Notes: a model not told the origin generated them from the letters alone. DNA of 64,000 bases from a bacterium (GCA_965213685.1 CBDBZY010000012.1:76593-140592); one strand, 5' to 3'; shown: positions 39,359 to 48,762, counted from the first letter of the stretch. Numbers and translations are program-made.

Positions 39359-39790
39359 ATGTTCCGGAAGATTCATCATGTGGGACTGATTACCGACGAC
39401 ATGGAGCGCACGGCGAAGATGTTTCAGGAGAAGCTGGGCTGTGCGCCGAACCGGGTGCAGGTGGCCGACACCGGCTGGGCACACGCCACGTTCCTGCGCC
39501 TGGGCGACGTGGAAATCGAGATCATGCAGCCCTACGATCCGGACAACCACTATACGAAGATGCTCGAGCGCAACGGCGGGCCGTGCCTCTCGCACATCGC
39601 GCTCTCCACGCCCGACACGGGCGCCGCCGGCCGCCGCTTCGTGGACGGCGGCGTCAAGTTCCTCGAGGGGTTCGGCCCGGGCACCTATACGCCCCGGGGG
39701 TATGAAATCCTTTTCCTCGACCCCGAGGAGACCGAGGGCATCGTCATACAGATCGCCTCGGACGTCCCCGCCAGGGATATGGGATACTGA
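39359..39790 (+). CDS. VOC family protein, methylmalonyl-CoA epimerase-like
   Basis: KIHHVGL, EIEIMQP, GPCLSHIAL, FLDPEETEGIVIQ; GAGGAG RBS. Confidence 0.8.
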   Translation: MFRKIHHVGLITDDMERTAKMFQEKLGCAPNRVQVADTGWAHATFLRLGDVEIEIMQPYDPDNHYTKMLERNGGPCLSHIALSTPDTGAAGRRFVDGGVKFLEGFGPGTYTPRGYEILFLDPEETEGIVIQIASDVPARDMGY

Positions 39791-39853
39791 CGGGGGGTTT
39801 CCGGGAGCGGGAGGCGCGCGCGTCGGGAGGCGGGAGGGGAGGGAGGGAGCCCC

Positions 39854-40585
39854 TCACACGCCGAGGTAGTATTTCTTCACCAGTTCGTGGCCGACGAGTG
39901 CCTCGGTGTTCTCGCCCTCGAAGGCGATCTCGCCGTGGACGATGATGTAGCCCCTGTCGGCTATCTTGACCGCCTGGTTGAAGTTCTGCTCGGCCATGAG
40001 GACGGTGAGCTGGTATCGCTCCTTGAGCTCGCGGATCTTGGCGATCACCCGGCTCACGAGGATGGGCGCGAGGCCCACCGAGGGCTCGTCCACGAGGAGC
40101 ACCCGGGGGGCGGACATGAGGGCGCGGGCCACGGCCAGCATCTGCTGCTCGCCCCCGCTCATGCTGCCGGCGAGCTGGGACTTGCGCTCCTCGAGTATCG
40201 GGAACGCCTCGAAGGCGAAGGCGAGGTTGCGGTCGATCTGGCGGCGGGCGACCTCACGGTAGGCCCCCAGGAGGAGGTTCTCCTCCACCGTGAGGCGGGG
40301 GAAGAGGCGCCGGCCTTCGGGCACGAGCGCGACGCCCAGGTTGACGACCTCCTCCGGGCGTCGGCCCGCCAGGTCGATGCGCTCGCCGTCGGCCTCGAGG
40401 TATATCTCGCCCGCATCGGGCCGGACCATGCCCATGATGCACTTGATCAGGGTGCTCTTGCCGTTGCCGTTGGTGCCGAGAAGCACGACGGTCTCGCCGT
40501 CGTTCACCTCGATGGAGACCCCGTGGAGCACGCGGACGGCGCCGTAGCCGGCCGAGACGTTGTCGACGACGATCCTATGCGCCAA
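39854..40585 (-). CDS. LivF-like ABC ATPase
   Basis: GTNGNGKS, VPEGRRLF, MSGGEQQML, DEPSVGL. Confidence 0.92.
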   Translation of the reverse strand: MAHRIVVDNVSAGYGAVRVLHGVSIEVNDGETVVLLGTNGNGKSTLIKCIMGMVRPDAGEIYLEADGERIDLAGRRPEEVVNLGVALVPEGRRLFPRLTVEENLLLGAYREVARRQIDRNLAFAFEAFPILEERKSQLAGSMSGGEQQMLAVARALMSAPRVLLVDEPSVGLAPILVSRVIAKIRELKERYQLTVLMAEQNFNQAVKIADRGYIIVHGEIAFEGENTEALVGHELVKKYYLGV

Positions 40586-41303
40586 GGTAGGCCCTTTCCA
40601 CGTCCTTGTTGTTGATGATCTCCTCGGGCACCCCTTCGGCGATCTTCTCGCCCGCGTCGAGGACGACGATGCGCTCGGAGAAGCTCATGACCGCCCGCAT
40701 GATGTGCTCGATCATGATGATGGTGAGGCCCTCCCCGTTCAGGCGGACGAGGATGTCGAGAATGTCGTCCACCTCGGAGTTGGAGAGGCCGGCCATGGCC
40801 TCGTCCGAGATGAGCAGCCGCGGCTTGGCCGCCATGGCGCGGGCGAGTTCGAGCTTGCGCAGCTCGATCTGGGTCAGCCCCCCGGTTCGCACGTCGGCCT
40901 TGTCCGCCAGGCCCATCACCTGGAGGATGTCCATCGCCTCGCCGCGCAGGTTCTCCCCGTGCGCGTGCTGGTGGGCGGCGTATTCCAGCGGGATGCACAG
41001 GTTCTCGATGATGCTCATGCTGACGAACGGCTTGGGGATCTGGAAGCTGCGGGAGATGCCCAGGCGGGTGCGCTTGTAGGCGGGGGTGGCGGTGATGTCC
41101 TGACCGCTGAACACGATGGCGCCCTCGTCGTTGGCGAGTGCCCCCGAGATGCAGTTGATCAGCGTGGTCTTGCCCGAGCCGTTCGGGCCGATGAGGCCGA
41201 AGCGCTCGTGCTCGTTGACGTGGAGGTCCACGCTGGAGAGCGCGCTGAAGCCGCCGAAGCGCTTGGTGACGCCCCGCACCTCCAGAAGTTTCTGGCCGGT
41301 CAT
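40575..41303 (-). CDS. LivG-like ABC ATPase
   Basis: GPNGSGKT, SDEAMAGL, IEHIM. Confidence 0.92.
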   Translation of the reverse strand: MTGQKLLEVRGVTKRFGGFSALSSVDLHVNEHERFGLIGPNGSGKTTLINCISGALANDEGAIVFSGQDITATPAYKRTRLGISRSFQIPKPFVSMSIIENLCIPLEYAAHQHAHGENLRGEAMDILQVMGLADKADVRTGGLTQIELRKLELARAMAAKPRLLISDEAMAGLSNSEVDDILDILVRLNGEGLTIIMIEHIMRAVMSFSERIVVLDAGEKIAEGVPEEIINNKDVERAYLGA

Positions 41304-42268
41304 GACGTCGCCCTCCCCGCGATTCTCTCGCGTATTTTGCCGAACAGTCCCACGAGGCCGTCCGGGGCGAACACCACGAAGGCCACGAGCAGGCTGCCCA
41401 CGATGAGCAGGTTCATCTCCGCCGACAGGGTGACGGTGGCGATTTGCTGGGCCGTGCCGACGAGGACGGCGCCGATCAGCGGGCCGAGCCAGGTGGTGGT
41501 GCCGCCGATCATGGGCATGGCCAGGCTGTTCACGGCGTAGTCCAGGTGGAAGGCCGAGGTGGGCTCGATGTAGACCACGAAATAGGAAAACGGCGCGCCC
41601 GCGATTCCCATGAGGGCGCCGCTCACCGTGGTGGCGAACAGCTTGATCCGGAGGATGGGCACCCCCATGCACTCGGCCGCATCCTCGTTGTCGCGGATGG
41701 CGGCCATCCCCCGCCCGACCCAGGAGTTCTCGATGAGCCAGGCGACCGACACGGCGACCACGGCGATAGCCGCCATGACGAAGAAGAGGAACTCGTCGTA
41801 GTTCGAGAACAGCGGCACGCTCCTCGGCTTGAGGATGGCCGTGCCCGCGCCCCCGCCCACGTAGTCCCAGTTGGAGACGATCATCTGGAGCACGACGGCG
41901 AGCGCGAGGGTGGCGATGGAGAAGAATACGCCCTTGAGCCGCAGGGTGAGGTAGCCGATTCCCAGCCCCAGGAGGCCCGAGACGAGGCCGCCGGCGGCGA
42001 GCAGGGCGTAGAGGGGCGGCTTCCACGTCTTGATGAGCGCGACGGCGGTGTAGGCGCCCATGGCGAAAAACGCCGCCGTGCCGAAGTTCACGTAGCCGGT
42101 GTAGCCGCCCAGGATGTTCCAGGCGGTGGCGAGGACGACGTACTGCAAGACGACGTAGGCCGCCTTGTAGTAGAAGCGGTTCTCCATCTGGATGGTGAGG
42201 AGGAACGCCCCGAGAATGAGCGCCGCGGCCACGATGAGGAAAAGCCCCTTCCCGTTTCCGTTGTTCAA
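41300..42268 (-). CDS. LivM-like ABC permease
   Basis: WNILGGYTGYVNFG, LRLKGVFFSIATL, AIRDNEDAAE; TTG start inferred. Confidence 0.9.
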   Translation of the reverse strand: MNNGNGKGLFLIVAAALILGAFLLTIQMENRFYYKAAYVVLQYVVLATAWNILGGYTGYVNFGTAAFFAMGAYTAVALIKTWKPPLYALLAAGGLVSGLLGLGIGYLTLRLKGVFFSIATLALAVVLQMIVSNWDYVGGGAGTAILKPRSVPLFSNYDEFLFFVMAAIAVVAVSVAWLIENSWVGRGMAAIRDNEDAAECMGVPILRIKLFATTVSGALMGIAGAPFSYFVVYIEPTSAFHLDYAVNSLAMPMIGGTTTWLGPLIGAVLVGTAQQIATVTLSAEMNLLIVGSLLVAFVVFAPDGLVGLFGKIRERIAGRATS

Positions 42269-42270
42269 GG

Positions 42271-43143
42271 CTATCTCCCGAACAGCCCGGACGGCCGGAC
42301 CGCCAGGCAGATGAGCAGGATGCCGAACGACACGGCGAGTGCCCACGAGGGGCCGAAGAACGAGGAGGTGAAGCTCTCCGCTATCCCCAGGATGAGTGCG
42401 CCCACGAGGGTGCCCGTCATGCTCCCCAGACCGCCCAGGACGGTCACCGCGAACACCCGGCCGATGTACTCCCGTCCGATGGTCGGCTCCACCGGGCCGA
42501 TGATGATGAGCAGCGAGCCGGCGATGACGGCGGTGGCGATGCCGATGCCGAAGGCGACCGTCTTGATCCGGATGGGGTCCACCCCCATGAGCTGGACGGC
42601 GAGGCTGTCCTGTGCCACGCCCATGATCGCGCGTCCGAAGAACGTTCTGGAGAGAAACAGATAGAGGACGGCGGTGAGTGTCCCGCCCAGGAGGAAGGGT
42701 ACGAAAAGCCGGTAGGCGATCCCCACCGGACCGATGGACGTGGACTTGCCGATGTAGAACGCCTGGACGAGGCGGTAGTCCACCCCGAAGGTGATGATGA
42801 GGATGACCTCGATCAGGAAAAAGAGTCCAAAGAAGAACACCAGCCCGCGCAGGGACTCGGCCCCCGTCTTCTCGAAGCTGTTGTAGTAGATACGGTAGAC
42901 CGCGACGCCCAGGAAGTAGGCGGGCGCCGCGAAGGCGAGGCCGGCGAGTACCGGGTCGACCCCGAAGTGCTCGTTGACGTAGAAGGTCAGGTAGGAGCCG
43001 AAGAGGATGAACGCCGGGTGTGCGATGTTCACGACGTCGAGCAGGCCGAAGGAAAGGGAGAGGCCTGCGCTTATCGCGGCGTAGAAGCCGCCGAGCAGGA
43101 TGCCCGCGACGAGGGCGTTCAGGAAAAAATCAAAACTGAGCAT
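42271..43143 (-). CDS. LivH-like ABC permease
   Basis: GLSLSFGLLDVVNIAH, VLGGLGS, RPSGLFG. Confidence 0.9.
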   Translation of the reverse strand: MLSFDFFLNALVAGILLGGFYAAISAGLSLSFGLLDVVNIAHPAFILFGSYLTFYVNEHFGVDPVLAGLAFAAPAYFLGVAVYRIYYNSFEKTGAESLRGLVFFFGLFFLIEVILIITFGVDYRLVQAFYIGKSTSIGPVGIAYRLFVPFLLGGTLTAVLYLFLSRTFFGRAIMGVAQDSLAVQLMGVDPIRIKTVAFGIGIATAVIAGSLLIIIGPVEPTIGREYIGRVFAVTVLGGLGSMTGTLVGALILGIAESFTSSFFGPSWALAVSFGILLICLAVRPSGLFGR

Positions 43144-43169
43144 GGATGCTCCCGTGGAAATCGGGCGCG

Positions 43170-43208
43170 GGCCGGAGGGGGGGAGGGATGCCCCCCCTCC
43201 CCCCGGCC
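43170..43208 (-). terminator. G/C-rich imperfect hairpin between the SBP and permease genes
   Basis: Plus strand GGCCGGAGGGGGGGAGGG-ATG-CCCCCCCTCCCCCCGGCC. Confidence 0.4.
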
Positions 43209-43229
43209 GCCAGAATCAGGCCCGGTCCG

Positions 43230-44492
43230 CTACTTGGCTTTCGCGTAAGGGTAGATCAGGTTGCCGGACTTGAACTCCTCCGGATACAGCACCACCATCT
43301 TGCCCGGCTTGGTGAACTCGCTCATCTCGTTGCTCTGGATGTTCTGGAGCTGCACCTGGAACGTCCGGGAGGCGGCCCACTCGCCATTCTTGCCGAACTT
43401 CACCTTGCCGACCACGGTGGAGTGGGTGTTCTTGCGAATGTAGTCGCCAATCTTCTTCTGGTCGAAGCCCTTGGTGGCCTCGATGGCCTGCTCGAGCACC
43501 TGCACGTAGGCGTAGGCGAACGGCGGCAGGTAGTAGCCCAGCGGGTCGAGCTTCTGGGCGGGTGCCTTTTTCTGGTATTTCGCCAGGAAGGCCTCGATTC
43601 CCGGGAACTTCAGGGTTTTCTCGGGCGCCCAGAACCAGTAGTTCGTGATGCCGTTGAGCAGTTTGCCGAGGTTCATCTGAATCGCGGTGTACTGGAGGCC
43701 GACCATGCCGCCGCCGAAGAGCTTGGGCTGGAGGCCTATCTCGTGGGCGGCCTTGACGATTCCCACCGATCCGCCCGGGTAGGAGCCCACGTAGAACATG
43801 TCGGGGTTCGTGGCCTTGACGGCGCGGAGAATCGGCGTGAAGTCGGTCGTTCCCGGGAAGGGGTAGCGCTTGTCGTAGACGATCTTCAGGCCGTATTTCT
43901 TCGCGTTCCTCCGCGCGCCGGCCACGGCGTTGCGCGCGAACTCCGAATCCGCCGAGAGCAGCGCGATGGTCTTGGGCTGGGGCTTTTGCTTCGCGGCCAG
44001 CTCGAAGAAGCCGCGCGACCAGTCCACTATCGGGTCGGGGCCGGCCGGCATGATCTGGAAGTAGTTGTCGTATTGGAATTTCGCGTTCGCGTCGAGACCG
44101 AACAGGCCCATGAACGTCATGCCCCGCTCCATCACGATCGGCAGGGCGGGGACGATGAGGTTCGTCCCGTAGCCCGAGACGACGAAGTCCACCTTGTCCA
44201 CGTCGAGCAGCTTGGCGTAGATGCCCGGAACGTTGGCCGGCTTGGTCTGGTCGTCGTAGTAGACCAGCTTGACCTGGCGCCCCAGCAGCCCGCCCCTGGC
44301 GTTCACGTCGTCGCGCCAGATCTGGATGGCCAGCAGCGCCGCCTTGCCGGCGGGGCCGAGCGGTCCGGTGAGCGCCATGCTGAAGCCGATCTTGACCTCT
44401 TTCTGGGCCGCCCGCGCCGCGGGGGCGAGGGCGACGGCGACTGCGGCGAACAGCAAGAACCCGAAGATGACGTGCCTGATTATCCTGCGCAT
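43230..44492 (-). CDS. Liv-type ABC substrate-binding protein
   Basis: Sec-pathway signal peptide ending ARA; KIGFSMALTG, GGLLGRQVKLVYYDDQ, DFTPILRAVKA. Confidence 0.92.
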   Translation of the reverse strand: MRRIIRHVIFGFLLFAAVAVALAPAARAAQKEVKIGFSMALTGPLGPAGKAALLAIQIWRDDVNARGGLLGRQVKLVYYDDQTKPANVPGIYAKLLDVDKVDFVVSGYGTNLIVPALPIVMERGMTFMGLFGLDANAKFQYDNYFQIMPAGPDPIVDWSRGFFELAAKQKPQPKTIALLSADSEFARNAVAGARRNAKKYGLKIVYDKRYPFPGTTDFTPILRAVKATNPDMFYVGSYPGGSVGIVKAAHEIGLQPKLFGGGMVGLQYTAIQMNLGKLLNGITNYWFWAPEKTLKFPGIEAFLAKYQKKAPAQKLDPLGYYLPPFAYAYVQVLEQAIEATKGFDQKKIGDYIRKNTHSTVVGKVKFGKNGEWAASRTFQVQLQNIQSNEMSEFTKPGKMVVLYPEEFKSGNLIYPYAKAK

Positions 44493-44753
44493 TTTTTTTC
44501 TCCCTCTCGGTTTCACCTGCCGGATTTCCGAGTTTCGAGATGCCACGTCCTGCCCGCGTGGCGACAACAAACCCGCATATTCATCTGACTCAAAGAGAAG
44601 CCAGCCTACCAGAAAACGGCGCGTTTCACAAATAGGCACGTTTTACAAACACAAACAGCGCGGGCGGGAGCGACGGCGGATCGCGCGCGACCAAGTCCGC
44701 GTCCGATCCCGTCCGGGAATCCCTGCGCGCCGCTTCCCCCGGCTTCCCCCGCC

Positions 44754-46031
44754 TCACGCCCGCGCCTTCGCATCGGCGAGGCGCCAGACGGCGGAGGCGA
44801 GGACTTCCGCGCCCCGCACCATGTCCTCAAAGTGGGTGAACTCCTCCGGCGTGTGCGAGAGCCCCCCCACCGAGGGGATGAACACCATGCCCATCGGACA
44901 TATCGCCGCCATGCGGCAGGCGTCGTGCACCCCGCCGCTGGACAGGGCGAGGGCCGCGTGTCCCGTCTCCTCCGAGGCGCGGCGGAGCGCTTCTTGAATC
45001 CGGGCGGAGGCGGGGCATACGTCCAGCGTCCGGACGTCGGCGAGGCGTCCGCGCACGCCCCGCTCCTCCTCGATGTCGGCGAGCGCTTCTCTCATGCGCC
45101 CGAGGGCGCGCGTCATCGCCGCCCCGCTCCTGCTCCTGAGGTCGAAGGAGAGCCTGGCGCCTCCGGGCACGATGGACACCCACCCGGGGATGGCGGCCAT
45201 CTCGCCGAAGGTGATCGTCAGCCGCTGGGAGTCGGGCGCGCGCCTCGCCATGCGCTCCATCCGCACCATGAAGTCGGCCGCCGCCATGCCGGCGTCTTTG
45301 CGGTAGGGCATGGGCTGTCCGCCGGAGTGTGCCGCGACGCCCTCGAAGCGCACCTCGCCCCGCGTGTATCCCACCACCCTGTCCACGATGCCGATGGGCG
45401 TCTTGCGGGATTCGAGAACCGGGCCCTGCTCGATGTGCAGCTCCACGAACGCCTTGAGCGCACCCTCCGGAATGCGGCAGGAGCGCACGCGCGCTGGGTT
45501 TCCGCCCGCTTGCTCGATGGCCTCGTAGAGGGATTTCCCCGTGGGCGGATGAAGCGTTTTCCGCAAATCCCGCACGCCCAAGACGCCCGTGGCGGCGCTG
45601 CTGCCGAAGACCGTCATCCCGCAGGCGGATTCCTCCCCCACGAAGGCCGCCACCTCGACGGGGTGGTCGTGGGCGAGTCCCGCCTCGCCGATGCGCCGAA
45701 CCGCCTCGAGGGCGGTGAGAACGCCCGCCGCGCCGTCGAATCGTCCGCCCGGACTCTGGGAGTCGAGGTGCGAGCCGACCATCACGGCGGGCAGCCCCCG
45801 CGAGCGGCCCTCCTTTCGGCCATAGAGGTTGCCCACGGCGTCGACGCGCGTTTTCAGTCCCGCCGCCTTCATCCACCCCTCGACGAGGTCGCGCACCTCG
45901 TTGTAGGCCGGCGTGAACGCCACGCGGTCGAGCCCCGTCCTTCCGTATTGGCCGATTCGCGCCTGGGCGCGGAACTCGCGCCGCATGCGGGCGCGCCTCA
46001 CGCGCAGGGGCAACGCGCTCCGGGAGGGCAT
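44754..46031 (-). CDS. Zn-dependent amidohydrolase (allantoate amidohydrolase / N-carbamoyl-L-amino acid hydrolase, M20 family)
   Basis: DAVGNL, GSHLDS, GGRFDGAAGV, GEES, ELHIEQGPVLE, AHSGGQPM, SGGVHDA, SHTPEE. Confidence 0.9.
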   Translation of the reverse strand: MPSRSALPLRVRRARMRREFRAQARIGQYGRTGLDRVAFTPAYNEVRDLVEGWMKAAGLKTRVDAVGNLYGRKEGRSRGLPAVMVGSHLDSQSPGGRFDGAAGVLTALEAVRRIGEAGLAHDHPVEVAAFVGEESACGMTVFGSSAATGVLGVRDLRKTLHPPTGKSLYEAIEQAGGNPARVRSCRIPEGALKAFVELHIEQGPVLESRKTPIGIVDRVVGYTRGEVRFEGVAAHSGGQPMPYRKDAGMAAADFMVRMERMARRAPDSQRLTITFGEMAAIPGWVSIVPGGARLSFDLRSRSGAAMTRALGRMREALADIEEERGVRGRLADVRTLDVCPASARIQEALRRASEETGHAALALSSGGVHDACRMAAICPMGMVFIPSVGGLSHTPEEFTHFEDMVRGAEVLASAVWRLADAKARA

Positions 46032-46033
46032 GG

Positions 46034-46786
46034 CTAGAAGAGGTCCTTCGGCACGGGCACTTCCGCGTAGTCCTCGGGCCGCAGGGGATTGTCCGGCGAA
46101 ATCTCCAGCATGCCGAAATAGTGATAGGTTTGCCGCAAGTGCTGGAAGGCGTGCCCCAGGGCGAGGAGCATCAGCTCGTGCACGGTGATGGGGCCCATGT
46201 AGCTCGACACCTTGCGGGAGAGCGCGCCGCGGCCTTCGGCGAGAAAACCCGTGAGCCTGGCCTGTATCTCGTCGCCATAGGCGCAAATGTCCTCCGGGGT
46301 GCGGTAGTCGTTGGCCGTCGTTTCATACTGCCGCACCATCTGCTCGGTGTACTCTCCCGACTCGTGGGCCCGCATCACCAGCGCCGGGCGTTCGAAACTG
46401 TGCCAGGTGAGCTGGCGCAGCGTGCGGGGCCTGCCGGGGGAGACCCAGTCGAGCGTCTCCTGCGGAATCTGGCGAACCGCGCGGCGCAGGGCGTCAAACG
46501 CCATCTCGAAGTAGCGCCGCATCTGCTCTGCGGACAGCGGCCCAGCACCCCCCTCCGCAATGTCGAACGCGCGGCGCAGCGCGTCCACGTCATAGCCCAC
46601 GACGACGTCCCCGCCCCGCACGGAGACGGGCAGGGATTTGAGGCCCAGCGCCTGGAGCTCCGCCCGGGCGCCGGCGTCGTTCGTGCAGTCCCTGTTGATG
46701 ACCTCCAGGCCGTTCGACGAGAGAAACTCTCTCGTGAGGGCGCAGGTGTATCAGCCGTGCCGCGTATAGACTTTGACAGCTTCCAT
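46034..46786 (-). CDS. Predicted selenoprotein: glutaredoxin/NrdH-like domain (U-Y-T-C) fused to a DinB-superfamily domain, 250 aa
   Basis: RBS GGGGAGAG, then ATG at 46786 reading MEAVKVYTRHG-TGA(46753-46751)-YTCALTREFLSSNGLEVINRDC..ELQALGLKSLPVSVRGGDVVVGYD. This continues in frame into the DinB-like ORF (LTWH..GHAFQH). A SECIS-like hairpin follows the TGA. Confidence 0.8.
46717..46735 (-). promoter_or_regulatory. Putative bacterial SECIS element
   Basis: mRNA ACGAGAGA-GUU-UCUCUCGU, a perfect 8-bp stem. The loop starts with GU, 23 nt downstream of the in-frame UGA. Confidence 0.7.
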
Positions 46787-46953
46787 GGCTTCTCTCCCCG
46801 GTGAAGGACGGTGGTTGGGCGCATCATATCAAAGCGCCGGGTGCGGGGGAAACGGCGGGAGGCTATGGCAAACGGGGTGCGCGTGTTTTACTATCGCAGG
46901 CTGTCCGGCAATGGCGGCGCGCTCCGGCCCATTTCGCATAGCGAGGATTCTGG

Positions 46954-48480
46954 ATGCCCCGGTGGTTCGTGAAAGGCGACGTCGACGGCTTCTTCGGCCT
47001 GTGGATGGACAACCTCATCAACCTTCTTCTGATCGTGAGCCTCCTCAAAGGGGTGCTGGGCTTTCCCGATTCGCTTATTTTCGGGCGCGTGCTGCCCGCC
47101 GCCGCCCTGAGCATCCTGGGCGGCAACCTCTTCTACGCCTGGCAGGCGCGGCGCCTGGCCGCGCGCGAGGGTCGCGACGACGTGACGGCCGTGCCATACG
47201 GCATCAACACGGTGACGCTTTTCGCCTTCATCTTCTTCGTCATGCTGCCCGTCAAGCTCCAGACCGGAAGCGCCGAGGCGGCCTGGCGGGCGGGTCTGGC
47301 GGCCTGCTTCGTGAGCGGGGCGATCGAGACCATCGGCTCGCTGGTGGGAGAGCGGATCCGCCGGCTCGCCCCCAGAGCCGCCCTGCTCTCGGCGCTGGGC
47401 GGCATCGCGCTCACCTTCCTCGCCATGGATTTCGCCTTCCGCATATGGGAGAGGCCGCTCCTCTCTATGGTGCCGCTGGCCATCATCCTGCTCCAGTATT
47501 TTGGCGGATTCCGGCTGCCCCTCGGCCTGCCGGGCGGTCTCGTGGCGGTGGCGACGGGGGTGCTTCTCTCTCTCCTCATCGAGGGGGTTCCGGGCGACGT
47601 TCCCGCCCCCCTGGGCCTCGCACTCCCATCCCTGGCCACCGGCCCCTTGCTGGGCGCTCTTTTCGGCCCGCTCTCCCGGGATTTTCTCGCGATCTCCGTC
47701 CCCATGGGCCTCATGACGCTCGTGGGCAGCCTGATGGTCCTCGAGAGCGCGGCCGCGGCCGGGGACAGGTTCGAGGCGGGCAGCTCCCTGGCGGTGAACG
47801 GCGCGGGCTCCCTCCTCGCGGCCTGTCTGGGCAGCTGCTTTCCCACCACCCTGTATATCGGGCATCCGGGCTGGAAGGCCATGGGCGCGCGCGCCGGCTA
47901 CAGCGCCCTCAACGGGGCGGTGGTGACGCTCCTTTGCTGCACCGGCTCGATTGCGTCGCTCTCGAAGATCATTCCGGGCGAGGCGCTGTTCGCCCTCATG
48001 CTGTGGATAGGGCTGATGATGGTCACCCAGACGTTCCAGGCGGTTCCGGCGCGCCACGGCACGGCCGTGGCCATCGGGTTCATGCCCGCCATCGCCGCGT
48101 GGGGTCTTTTGATGGTGCAATCCTCCCTGCGGGCCGCGGGGACGAGCTTGTGGAAGGTGGGGGAGGAGGCCTTCGCCAGGGGGGGCTTTCACCTGAAGGG
48201 GATGATCGTCCTGGAGCGCGGCTTTATCTTCACGTCCATCCTCATCACGTCCATGGTGGCGAAGCTGGTGGACGGGGAGCCGAAGCAGGCGGCGGGCTGG
48301 GCGCTGGCCGCAGCGGCGCTGAGCTGGTTCGGGGTCATTCACGCCTGGCGCATCACGCCGGCGGGCGTCGTCAACTCCCTCGGCTGGGGGACGGCGCCCG
48401 GCATGGCGGCCGGTTATCTGCTCGTCGCGGGACTGTTCTTCGCGTTCTCGCTCACCTCGTTCGAGAAAAGGGCGCCTTAG
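46954..48480 (+). CDS. NCS2-like (nucleobase:cation symporter-related) permease
   Basis: GDVDGFFGL..DNL, TAVPYGIN, PRAALLSALGG, ESAAAAGD, FPTTLYIGHPGWKAMGARAGYS; many TM segments. Confidence 0.8.
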   Translation: MPRWFVKGDVDGFFGLWMDNLINLLLIVSLLKGVLGFPDSLIFGRVLPAAALSILGGNLFYAWQARRLAAREGRDDVTAVPYGINTVTLFAFIFFVMLPVKLQTGSAEAAWRAGLAACFVSGAIETIGSLVGERIRRLAPRAALLSALGGIALTFLAMDFAFRIWERPLLSMVPLAIILLQYFGGFRLPLGLPGGLVAVATGVLLSLLIEGVPGDVPAPLGLALPSLATGPLLGALFGPLSRDFLAISVPMGLMTLVGSLMVLESAAAAGDRFEAGSSLAVNGAGSLLAACLGSCFPTTLYIGHPGWKAMGARAGYSALNGAVVTLLCCTGSIASLSKIIPGEALFALMLWIGLMMVTQTFQAVPARHGTAVAIGFMPAIAAWGLLMVQSSLRAAGTSLWKVGEEAFARGGFHLKGMIVLERGFIFTSILITSMVAKLVDGEPKQAAGWALAAAALSWFGVIHAWRITPAGVVNSLGWGTAPGMAAGYLLVAGLFFAFSLTSFEKRAP

Positions 48481-48762
48481 ATCCCCGCCGCGCCCATAAC
48501 GCGCCCATACGCCCGTCATTAAAACGTCCGGCGGCGGGAGCGGGGGGAGACGCGCGAGGAGGAGGATGGGCGCACCGGTCGGGCGCGCGCGCCGGCCGGC
48601 TCTCGGGGGACGCCGCTTGCGCATTCCCCCGGCGTGTGTGTTTTGATGGTTGTCCGGGAAAGAAACCGGTTTCCGGAGGTTTGGGGAGGGGGAGGGGGCG
48701 CCCCATGGACGAGGCGGCGCGTCTGCCGGGAGGCGGGCGTTTTCCGCCTTCTGGGAAAGGGC

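Noticed and set aside
44620-44660. Sigma54 promoter upstream of the second Liv operon (GGCACG)
   Set aside because: The -12 TTGC element is missing and the orientation is opposite to the operon. Only a weak CGTTTYACAAA direct repeat remains.
46751-46753. TGA as a nonsense mutation (pseudogene), with the gene starting at GTG 46621
   Set aside because: The TGA sits exactly at the redox Cys position of a CxxC motif, is followed by a SECIS-like stem, and the rest of the domain is undamaged. The other lesions in this window are indels, not substitutions. Not fully excluded without reads.
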